A model generated the notes under the pieces. It did no database searches. It was given only the letters and a program-made list of their open reading frames with translations, and was not told the origin of the DNA. DNA of 64,000 nt from Phycisphaeraceae bacterium. GTDB taxonomy: Bacteria; Planctomycetota; Phycisphaerae; Phycisphaerales; Phycisphaeraceae. Made by a program: the position numbers and the translations under genes. The stretch's first letter is position 1. The number at the start of each line of letters is the position of its first letter. The stretch is taken from assembly GCA_963674705.1 (NCBI GenBank), contig OY771506.1, positions 4,352,001-4,416,000 of the forward strand. Direction: 5' to 3'. Below are positions 28,920 through 37,534 of this stretch, piece after piece.

Positions 28920-29342
28920 TCAGGTCAGTTCGTTCTGGAAGAACTCGATGAGTTCGCCGTCCGGGCCTTTGCAGAAGGCGATGCGGACGGGGACTTTGCC
29001 TTCATTGGCTTGGATGTCGACGGCGGTGGGCTCCATGGTGACTTCGCAGCCAGCGTCGCGGGCGCGTTTGAGAGCGGCGTCGGTGTCGTCGCAGCGGATG
29101 GCAAAGTGCAGGATCGGGCCGTCGCCTGACCCGGCCGGGGAATCCTTGTCTTCGAAGACCTCGAGATAGTTGCCGTCACCGGCATCGAGCATGACCGCCC
29201 GTTTGGGGGCCTGCTGCCAGTTGATCTTCTCGGTGAAGCCTAGGACCTGGGTGTAGAACCGGACGGTCTTATCAAAGTCTTTGGATCGGATCGCGACGTG
29301 GTGGAACCCCCCGCCGCCGAGTGTTTTGTTCTTGCCTGCCAT
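28920..29342 (-). CDS. VOC/glyoxalase family protein
   Basis: FHHVAI, FYTQVLG, YLEVF, HFAI, GPDGELIEF. Confidence 0.9.
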   Translation of the reverse strand: MAGKNKTLGGGGFHHVAIRSKDFDKTVRFYTQVLGFTEKINWQQAPKRAVMLDAGDGNYLEVFEDKDSPAGSGDGPILHFAIRCDDTDAALKRARDAGCEVTMEPTAVDIQANEGKVPVRIAFCKGPDGELIEFFQNELT

Positions 29343-29414
29343 GGGATTACTCCGTGTTTTGATGGGTTGCGGGCATTAGGATAGCGGATATTGCAGGCAG
29401 GCAAGGACCCCGGA

Positions 29415-29549
29415 TTAACCGAAGAAACTCAAGATACGCCCAAAAATCATTGGCAGGAAAAACAGCGAGACCGGCACAACAACCAAAATGCCGAATACGA
29501 TCAGAAAAACCTTAACTGCTTTTTCGCCTTCGCTGCCGGGTCTTGGCAT
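29415..29549 (-). CDS. Small single-TM protein (44 aa, not in the ORF track)
   Basis: RBS AGGGG, MPRPGSEGEKAVKVFLIVFGILVVVPVSLFFLPMIFGRILSFFG. Confidence 0.55.
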   Translation of the reverse strand: MPRPGSEGEKAVKVFLIVFGILVVVPVSLFFLPMIFGRILSFFG

Positions 29550-29804
29550 GTAGGCCCCCTATCTTTGCGGGAAATGATATCAGATATAGATATGCCAATA
29601 ATGGGAATCAGGCGGGGCTGCTAGCCAGGAAACCGGCAGCAAGCTGCCGGGCTAAACGGGGATGGGGCTTAAATTTGGGGGTACTGAATGGTTCGCCACC
29701 TTGCCGATTTGTCGATCCGGGTGCGGGCGGGTATTCTACGGTGTTCCGGTGGGTTGTACCTCTTGACCAGAACACGAGTTAATTAATCAGGGGCTTGGAG
29801 CTAA

Positions 29805-30740
29805 ATGAGCGACGCTCAAGGCATGGCGATCATGGAACCAGAAGTCCGCGACACAACAACCAGTCAGAAGTTTTACGACAAGGCATTCGAGGCCGAGAAG
29901 GCCGGCGAAGTCCTGGCGGCGATCGAAGCGTACGAAGCGGCTTACACGGCCGATCCGGACGATCCGCGCGTCTGCTTCCGCCTGGCATACAACCTCGACC
30001 TCGTCGGCGAAGAAGACGAAGCCCTGCACCTCTACGAAGAGGCATCGCGGGCGGAGCGTCCTTCACTCAACGCGCTGATCAACCTGGCGGTGTTGTATGA
30101 AGACCGCGGCCAGTACAGCCAGGCGGAGCGCTGCCTGAAGCAGGTGCTGGCGACCGAGCCGAACCATCCGCGTGCGAGGCTCTTCATCAAGGACGTGATG
30201 GCAAGCAAGGCCATGATGTTCAACGATGAAGAAGAGAAGCAGTTGGAGAAGCATGCGGCGATGCTCGACACGCCGGTGACAGACTTCGAATTGAGTGTCC
30301 GCACACGCAACGCGCTGCGCAAGATGAACATCCGCACGCTGGGCGATCTGCTGCATCACACCGAAGCAGAATTGCGCAGCTTCAAGAACTTCGGCGATGC
30401 GAGCCTGGACGAGATCAAGGCGATGCTCGCGCAGAAGGGTCTGAAGCTCGGGCAGGCTGCCGAGCAACAGCGCGAAGCGGTCAAGCAGCAGGTGTACGAT
30501 CAGTTGACCGATGCCGGCGGTGATTCGGAAATCCTCAGCAAGTCCGTCAACGAGATGGACCTGTCGGTGCGTGCCCGCAAGGCGCTGGCGTTATTGAACG
30601 TGAGCGTGATCGGCGACCTGGTGCTGAAGACCGAGGCCGAGCTGATGGGCGTGAAGAACTTCGGCATGACCAGCCTGACCGAGATCAAGCAGTGCCTGGA
30701 AGACATGGGCCTGGGCCTGCGTAAGCTGGAAGTGGAGTGA
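29805..30740 (+). CDS. TPR + tandem RNA polymerase alpha C-terminal domain protein
   Basis: N-terminal TPRs; two alphaCTD repeats (LSVRTRNAL..KNFG..SLDEIK and LSVRARKAL..KNFG..SLTEIK). Confidence 0.9.
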   Translation: MSDAQGMAIMEPEVRDTTTSQKFYDKAFEAEKAGEVLAAIEAYEAAYTADPDDPRVCFRLAYNLDLVGEEDEALHLYEEASRAERPSLNALINLAVLYEDRGQYSQAERCLKQVLATEPNHPRARLFIKDVMASKAMMFNDEEEKQLEKHAAMLDTPVTDFELSVRTRNALRKMNIRTLGDLLHHTEAELRSFKNFGDASLDEIKAMLAQKGLKLGQAAEQQREAVKQQVYDQLTDAGGDSEILSKSVNEMDLSVRARKALALLNVSVIGDLVLKTEAELMGVKNFGMTSLTEIKQCLEDMGLGLRKLEVE

Positions 30741-30951
30741 TGTCCCCGGCCGGTCTGGATGGCCGGCTGATACGAAAAGGGGAGCGGAGTTAAGGGCCCA
30801 AGCCCCCCGCTTTCACCGAAATTACCCAACCTCACGCGCGCCGCTCAGTCATGGGCGGCGTTATTTTTTAAAAGTTTGTTTTCGGGTTGCATCCGGGCCT
30901 TGAATGCGTGAAACTGTGTGGCTCAATTGTCCCGTCACCTGGAGTCGAAAC

Positions 30952-31935
30952 ATGGCCAGTAAAGCCCCTTGGATTACGTACCGCCCCGAACTGAAAGTCC
31001 TGGATTGCACCGTCCGTGACGGTGGTTTGATGAACAACCACAAGTTCACCGATGAGTTTGTTCGTGCGACGTATCAGACCTGCATCGCAGCGGGTATCGA
31101 CTACATGGAGATCGGGTACAAAAACTCTCGCAAACAGTTTTCGCCGGACGAGTATGGGCCCTGGAAGTTCAGCGATGAGGAAGACATGCGTCGGATCGTC
31201 GGTGACCATGATCCCGTCGCAACCGGTTTGAAGCTGACCGCGATGGCGGATGCCGGCAAGAGCGACTGGAAGACGCAGATCATCCCGGCCGACCAGAGCG
31301 TGCTGAGCATGATTCGCGTGGCGTGCTACGTGCACCAGATCCCCGAAGCGATCGACATGCTGCACCACTGCCATGAGATGGGTTACGAGACGGCGTGCAA
31401 CATCATGGCGATCTCGGGTGTGCAGGAAGTCGAAATCGACCAGGCGCTCGAAGAGGTCGCGCCGAGCCCGGCACAGGTCGTCGTGATCGTCGACAGCTTC
31501 GGCGCGCTGTACCGTGAACAGATCGACTACCTCTACAAGAAGTACGAAAAGGCGATGGAGGGCACGGGCAAAGAGATCGGCATCCACGCACACAACAACC
31601 TGCAACTCGCGTTCGCCAACACGATCGAAGCGATCATCCTCGGCTGCAACCGTGCGGACTCAACGCTCGACGGCTTCGGCCGCGGCGCGGGCAACTGCCC
31701 CACCGAACTGCTGCTTGGCTTCCTGAAGAACCCGAAGTTCAAGCTCAAGCCCGTGTACGAGATGATTCAGAAGCACGTGATGCCGTTGAAGAAAAATGTG
31801 AGTTGGGGCCCGAACCTGGCGTACAACCTCACCGGCAAATACAACCGCCACCCGCGCTCAGCCATGCAGTGGCTTGATAGCGACAAGGCGGACGACTTTG
31901 TCGGGTTCTACGATCAGTTTATCAGTGATGTGTGA
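30952..31935 (+). CDS. HMGL-like (DRE-TIM) aldolase catalytic domain protein
   Basis: DCTVRDGG, GIHAHNN, GRGAGNCPTE. Confidence 0.88.
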   Translation: MASKAPWITYRPELKVLDCTVRDGGLMNNHKFTDEFVRATYQTCIAAGIDYMEIGYKNSRKQFSPDEYGPWKFSDEEDMRRIVGDHDPVATGLKLTAMADAGKSDWKTQIIPADQSVLSMIRVACYVHQIPEAIDMLHHCHEMGYETACNIMAISGVQEVEIDQALEEVAPSPAQVVVIVDSFGALYREQIDYLYKKYEKAMEGTGKEIGIHAHNNLQLAFANTIEAIILGCNRADSTLDGFGRGAGNCPTELLLGFLKNPKFKLKPVYEMIQKHVMPLKKNVSWGPNLAYNLTGKYNRHPRSAMQWLDSDKADDFVGFYDQFISDV

Positions 31936-31952
31936 TTTAGAATTTTGGGTGC

Positions 31953-32032
31953 GAGCCATTAGCCGTTAGCCCTTAGCCATTAGCAATAAAATGCGATACC
32001 CGCCCCTTCGCTGCGCTCAGGACCGGCGTTGG
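31953..32032. repeat. (TTAGCCA)n + CCCGCCCCTTCGCT.CGCTCAGGACCGGCGTTGG composite
   Basis: Matches 10783-10817 and 1466-1488. Confidence 0.8.
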
Positions 32033-32071
32033 TGTGTGTTGGACCTTGCTAATTGAAGCGAGGTTGTTGCG

Positions 32072-33682
32072 CTATCTGGTTGGCGCATCCTTGACTTTCT
32101 TGCCCCATAGTGATCGGCCTTCGGGGGTGAGGCCGGTGTAGATGAGGGTGGGTTTGCGTGGGTCAGCTTCCCAGTCGAGTTCTTTTTCGACGTAGAGTTT
32201 CTGGCCGGCGATGGTCAGGACTTTTTCTTTCTCGTCGTAGGACCACTTGCCGGTCAGTGCGCCGGTAGCGGTTTTGTTTTCGTGCAGGATGAGTTGGGTT
32301 GATTCTCTCTGCTTGCGGAACTCGTGGTCGAGCAGGATATTTTCCCATGTGCCGACGAAGTCGTTTTCGGTGATGTTGCCTTGGGGCATGTTGGTGTAGC
32401 GCTGGGGCATGACAACGGGCCAGCCGTCATCGGTCCAGCGGATCTTGCGGACGTGGCCCATCATGATGGCGTTGGAGTATTGGTTGCCGTTGACGTTGTG
32501 CGGGAGCCTGCCTTGTGAGCAGTAGAACCATTCGCCGGTGTCGGGGCTCTGGACGATGCAGCAGTGTGAGATGCCGACCCAGCCGGGGTGGTTGTTGAAC
32601 TTGTAGGGGTGCGTGAGGATGGGCCAGCACTCATCGCCTTGGGTGATGTTACCGCCGTCGATGCCGAGGTATGGGCCGGTGATATTTTTTGACCGGCAGA
32701 CGCGCGTGTTGTAAGCAACGGATAGTTCGTCGTAGGCTAAAAACAGGTAGTAGTAGCCTGTCTTTTCGTTGTACATGATCTCGGGCGCTTCCATGCCCTG
32801 CCAGCGGTTGTTCGGGTTGCCGAGGAACCGAGCGGCGATACGCGTGCCGTAGTCATTGATGGATTTGAGCGGCTTGGCGGGTTTGCCTGTGTCGGGGTTG
32901 AGTTTGAGCGCGACGATGCCGGAGTGCCACGAGCCGTAGATCAGGTAGTGTTCGCCTTGGGGGGTGACGATGTAGGTGGGATCGATAGCGTTATAGCGGA
33001 AGTAACCGCTCCAATCGGATCGACGGTTCTGTCGTGACCAATCCTTGCCGCGGTCGGACACGGAGCAGGTGACCATGCCTTTGTCTTCCCACTGATTGCT
33101 TGCCAGGTCGTCGGTCTCCATCATGCCGATGAAGGCGCGTTCGGTCCAGGAGTTGTCGAAGTTTTCGGCTGTGTTTGGTTTGCCGGTCTGGATGTAGTTA
33201 TCAATGATGATGCTGTAGTAGAGGCGGTACTTGTCCCCCACTTTGCGTGCGACTGGCGCCCAGTAGCCGTAGCGTGGCTCGGTGATCGGTTCGAGGCCTT
33301 CTTCAGCGCGCAACTTGTTGAGCGTGGGCAGGACCCAGTCGGGGGTATCTTCCATGAGCATGCCCATGAAGTCCCAGTGGACGAGGTCTTTGGACCGGCG
33401 GTACGGGAAGTGGCCGTGGCCCATGTGCGCGTTGCCGTAGGAGGCGTCGGTCCAGTACATGTAGTAATACTGGCCGTCGTAGACGATGGTCGGGTCGTGG
33501 ACGTTGGCGAGGTTCCATTGATCGCGGTGCTCCCAATCGGCGATAGGCGAGTAGTCGTCGACCTGCACCGGGGGTGTGTAGGTTGTCTGATCATCCGTAG
33601 TGGCATGCGTCGCGTCCTGAGCGCAGGCTTGTTGCAGAGAGCACGACAGCAAAACAGCGAAAAACCACAGGCATCTGAACAT
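32072..33682 (-). CDS. GH43 endo-1,5-alpha-L-arabinanase, secreted
   Basis: VHDPT, WAP, NAIDP, YGSWHSG, EAPE; GH43 C-terminal domain; RBS GGAGG. Confidence 0.88.
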   Translation of the reverse strand: MFRCLWFFAVLLSCSLQQACAQDATHATTDDQTTYTPPVQVDDYSPIADWEHRDQWNLANVHDPTIVYDGQYYYMYWTDASYGNAHMGHGHFPYRRSKDLVHWDFMGMLMEDTPDWVLPTLNKLRAEEGLEPITEPRYGYWAPVARKVGDKYRLYYSIIIDNYIQTGKPNTAENFDNSWTERAFIGMMETDDLASNQWEDKGMVTCSVSDRGKDWSRQNRRSDWSGYFRYNAIDPTYIVTPQGEHYLIYGSWHSGIVALKLNPDTGKPAKPLKSINDYGTRIAARFLGNPNNRWQGMEAPEIMYNEKTGYYYLFLAYDELSVAYNTRVCRSKNITGPYLGIDGGNITQGDECWPILTHPYKFNNHPGWVGISHCCIVQSPDTGEWFYCSQGRLPHNVNGNQYSNAIMMGHVRKIRWTDDGWPVVMPQRYTNMPQGNITENDFVGTWENILLDHEFRKQRESTQLILHENKTATGALTGKWSYDEKEKVLTIAGQKLYVEKELDWEADPRKPTLIYTGLTPEGRSLWGKKVKDAPTR

Positions 33683-33846
33683 GATCAACCTCCAAGTTGG
33701 CATGAACCGAGCAAAAACGCAGGTCGCATACGGATAATTATAAGCATCATTTACCACAATCCAGCCGGTTTGTCACGTGATAAATGCTAATCCGTGAGTT
33801 TGCGGATTACTGTCGAGAGGTTGTTTGAAGGCCAAGTCTATCTGGA

Positions 33847-34974
33847 TCACACATCGCCCATGCAGACGCCGGTGAGTCTTGCGGTGTTTACCCATGGGTG
33901 ATCGGCCGGGACGAGTTTGCGGTTGCCTGCCACATCACACAAGGGAACTGGTACCGCCTGGTCCCCTTTCGCTGCGATCATCACGCCGTACTTCTCGCGA
34001 TCCAGACAGTTGGCGGCTTCGACGCCGATGCGTGTAGCGAGCAGGCGGTCGGCAGCGGAGGGTGTGCCGCCGCGTTGCAGGTGGCCGAGGATGGTCAACC
34101 GAGCTTCCAGGCCGGTCATGCGTTCGAGTTCGCGCGTCAGGTGAAGCGTGTGGTCGCCTCGTTTCAGGTCGAGTTCGTAGAGCTTGTCCTTGATGTTGGC
34201 TTTTTCGGCCTTGTTCTTGGCTTCGCTCTTTTGCTTGCGCAACTCGGCAAAGGCGCGCTCTTCTTCAACCGACATCGCGCCCTCGGCGACGGCGACGATT
34301 GAGAAGCGTTTGCCGCTCTTGGTGCGACGACGGATCGCGTGAGCGACTTTGTCCAGGCTGTACGGGATCTCGGGGATGAGAATGACGTCCGCCCCGCCGG
34401 CGATCCCCGCGCCAAGCGCAAGCCAGCCGGCCCGGTGGCCCATGATCTCGACGACGATGATGCGGTTGTGGCTGGTCGCTGTTGAGTGCAACTTATCGAT
34501 CGCGTCGGTAGCGATGCCCAGCGCGGTATCGAAGCCGAACGTGACATCGGTGATGCCCACATCGTTGTCGATGGTCTTAGGCAGTGTGATGATGTTGAGC
34601 CCGGCGTCCATCAGGAGCTTGGCGTTTTTCTGCGTGCCCCCGCCGCCGAGGCAGACCAGCGCGTCGAGGTGATGGCGCTTATAGGTTTCAACCATGACGC
34701 CGGTCATGTCCATGACCTTGTCGCCGACGGGCATCTTGTTGGGTTTGTCACGACTGGTGCCGAGGATGGTGCCGCCGCGTGTGAGGATGTTGGAAAGCAG
34801 GTCGTCTTCGAGGCGGATGATGCGATCCTGCATGAGACCGCGGAAGCCGTCACGGAATCCGATAAGGCTCATGCCATAGGTCCCGATAGCGGGTTTACCG
34901 ACGGCGCGGATAGCGGCGTTGAGCCCGGGGCAGTCTCCACCGGAGGTCAGGATTCCGATATTACGTTTGGGCAT
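33847..34974 (-). CDS. pfkA: 6-phosphofructokinase
   Basis: [40 protein letters not shown]. Confidence 0.93.
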   Translation of the reverse strand: MPKRNIGILTSGGDCPGLNAAIRAVGKPAIGTYGMSLIGFRDGFRGLMQDRIIRLEDDLLSNILTRGGTILGTSRDKPNKMPVGDKVMDMTGVMVETYKRHHLDALVCLGGGGTQKNAKLLMDAGLNIITLPKTIDNDVGITDVTFGFDTALGIATDAIDKLHSTATSHNRIIVVEIMGHRAGWLALGAGIAGGADVILIPEIPYSLDKVAHAIRRRTKSGKRFSIVAVAEGAMSVEEERAFAELRKQKSEAKNKAEKANIKDKLYELDLKRGDHTLHLTRELERMTGLEARLTILGHLQRGGTPSAADRLLATRIGVEAANCLDREKYGVMIAAKGDQAVPVPLCDVAGNRKLVPADHPWVNTARLTGVCMGDV

Positions 34975-35289
34975 ATAGGTCACTCCAGTGGCACGTTGTA
35001 CCGTGCGGCGGGTGGATCGTCCAGATAACACGAACGTATGGTTATCGCTGAAACATCAATAAGCACTAGCGTATCCGTAGATTAACCTGGTATCTCATAA
35101 TTCATGCAAAGACAGTTGCTTGAATTGATGTATTGTGCGGCGACCTAATCAGTACAAGGGGATACACCGATACCAGTATTGATGCTACTCGCTTTTTCGT
35201 GGTATCCAGGTATCAGTTTACTTCAGAAGAATCGGTCCGAGTTGGATAACTGATCGGCTAGACGTAAGGATTAAACCCCGGACAGACAC

Positions 35290-37293
35290 ATGGCTGAGAC
35301 ACAAACAAGTCATCCGGATCATGCCGAGATCAACTTCGCTCGTGGTAAGAGACGTATCTTGATCATCGATGACAATCATGCGATTCACGATGACTTTCGC
35401 AAGATCTTGAACCACGACAGCGCTGATGAGGAAGTGCTTGCAGCGGAGCAGGCATTGTTCGGTGAATCCACGTCCCGTGCGCAGACCGTCGTGGAATACA
35501 GCCTGGATTCGGCGTATCAGGGGGAAGAGGGTCTGGAAAAGGTCACGACAGCGATGCAAGACGGTACGCCGTATGCCATGGCGTTCGTCGACATGCGCAT
35601 GCCTCCGGGTTGGGATGGGCTTGAAACCATCGCGCGTATCTTCGAGGCCGACCAGGATATACAGGTCGTGATCTGCACGGCGTACTCCGACTATTCGTGG
35701 AACCAGATCGTAGACAGGCTGGGCACGAGCGATCGGCTGCTGATCCTCAAGAAGCCGTTTGACTGTGCGGAAGTTCGTCAGCTTGCGGCGGCATTGACGG
35801 AGAAGTGGCGTCTCGGTCGCAAAGCTGCGTTTAAGATGCAGCAGCTGGAAAGCGCGATCCAGGAACGGATGGAAGAGTTGAGCAATTCCAACGAGAAACT
35901 CCGTCTGGAGATTGCACAGCGCGAAGAGGCAGAAGACAAACTACGGCACCATGCGCTTCATGATGCATTGACGGAGCTTCCGAACCGGGTGCTGCTGATG
36001 GATCGCCTGGGACGTTGTTGCGAACGGTCTCGGCGTGAGCCGGATTATCACTATGCCGTCTTGTACATGGATATCGATAACTTCAAGCTGGTGAACGACA
36101 GCCTCGGGCACCCGTACGGCGACAAGCTGCTTGTTGAGGTGGCCAAGCGTCTGAACGCTTGCATCCGTGCGATGGACACCAACTCCCGACCGACGGCCAA
36201 TACAACGGCGCGTCTGGGTGGCGATGAGTTTGTCATCCTGCTGGACACGATCCGTGAGGTAAAAGATGCGGTACGGGTGGCGCAGCGTATCCAGTTAACG
36301 CTGAAAGAGCCTTTCTTTATCGACGGTCACGAGGTGGTGTCCTCCGGCAGCATCGGGATCGCGGTGGGCCTCGAAAGCAATTACACCTGCTCGGATGATA
36401 TCCTTCGCGACGCGGATACGGCGTTATACGAAGCGAAGCGAGACAACAAAGGCACCTTCAAGGTATTCGATTCTCACATGCGATCACGTTTGATCAGACG
36501 ACATGAGATCGAAACAGATCTACATAAGGCGCTTGAACGTAACGAACTGGATGTCGCGTATCAGCCTATCGTCAGCCTGATCGACGGCAGGCTCAAGGGA
36601 TTCGAGGCGCTATTACGCTGGCGACATCCTGATAACCGCAACGTTCCCCCGGACCTGTTCGTCCCGATCGCTGAAGAAACGGGCCAGATCGTCCAGATCG
36701 GTGAGTGGGTGCTGCGTCAGGCATGCCGGCAGATGAGCCAGTGGCACAAAAAAAACGAACAACATCGCAACCTGAGCATCAGCGTCAATATTTCACCCCG
36801 TCAGATCCAGCAACCTGACTTCATCGCCATGCTGGATGGTGTCCTGGCTGAATCGGAGCTGGATTCCAGCAGGCTGAATCTGGAACTGACCGAAGGTGTC
36901 TTGATGAACCAGGACAAATCGACGATGGCGTTGTTCAGCCATTGTGAAGCACGGAAGATCAACCTGCATATGGATGACTTCGGGACGGGCTACTCATCCT
37001 TGAGTTATCTGCACAACTTGCCGGTGGACACGATCAAGCTGGATCGCAGTTTTGTGCAGAACCTGGACCTGAGCGGTGAGTACACCGCCACGGTACAGGC
37101 GATGGTTGTGCTGGCGAACAACCGCGGGATCAGCATTATCGCCGAAGGGATTGAGACATCCAATCAGCTGGTGCAATTGCAGGCACTTGATTGTGAATTC
37201 GGTCAGGGCTTCTACTTCGCCAAACCGATGGCGCCCGAACTTGCTGGCAACCTGCTCGCTCAAGATGTTGTTGGGTTCAAGTGTGCTGGCTGA
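35290..37293 (+). CDS. Response regulator REC-GGDEF-EAL (diguanylate cyclase/phosphodiesterase)
   Basis: IIDD..FVDMRMP REC; RLGGDEF; FEALLR, DDFGTGYSSL, IKLDRSF. Confidence 0.95.
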   Translation: MAETQTSHPDHAEINFARGKRRILIIDDNHAIHDDFRKILNHDSADEEVLAAEQALFGESTSRAQTVVEYSLDSAYQGEEGLEKVTTAMQDGTPYAMAFVDMRMPPGWDGLETIARIFEADQDIQVVICTAYSDYSWNQIVDRLGTSDRLLILKKPFDCAEVRQLAAALTEKWRLGRKAAFKMQQLESAIQERMEELSNSNEKLRLEIAQREEAEDKLRHHALHDALTELPNRVLLMDRLGRCCERSRREPDYHYAVLYMDIDNFKLVNDSLGHPYGDKLLVEVAKRLNACIRAMDTNSRPTANTTARLGGDEFVILLDTIREVKDAVRVAQRIQLTLKEPFFIDGHEVVSSGSIGIAVGLESNYTCSDDILRDADTALYEAKRDNKGTFKVFDSHMRSRLIRRHEIETDLHKALERNELDVAYQPIVSLIDGRLKGFEALLRWRHPDNRNVPPDLFVPIAEETGQIVQIGEWVLRQACRQMSQWHKKNEQHRNLSISVNISPRQIQQPDFIAMLDGVLAESELDSSRLNLELTEGVLMNQDKSTMALFSHCEARKINLHMDDFGTGYSSLSYLHNLPVDTIKLDRSFVQNLDLSGEYTATVQAMVVLANNRGISIIAEGIETSNQLVQLQALDCEFGQGFYFAKPMAPELAGNLLAQDVVGFKCAG

Positions 37294-37534
37294 AATACAC
37301 GGCAAATGCAGGCTAACTTGCCGACTGATATCAGCCTCTCTCGCGAGCGATTCAACGCCGTATAAGAACAGTACGCTTAAGTATTAATAAAGACATGTCG
37401 AAGTTAGTAATGCGGTAGCTGTTGGGGAAAGTACTCGCTTGATGTGCCTTGCCTGTTTTGTGGCAAGCCGAAGTGTGGGTTGTATCAGGCTTGTACCTGG
37501 ATAACGTAAACCTACCAATTCGAGGCCACGAGAG

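Noticed and set aside
29805..30740. Calling this gene rpoA
   Set aside because: No alphaNTD and not in the ribosomal-protein operon.
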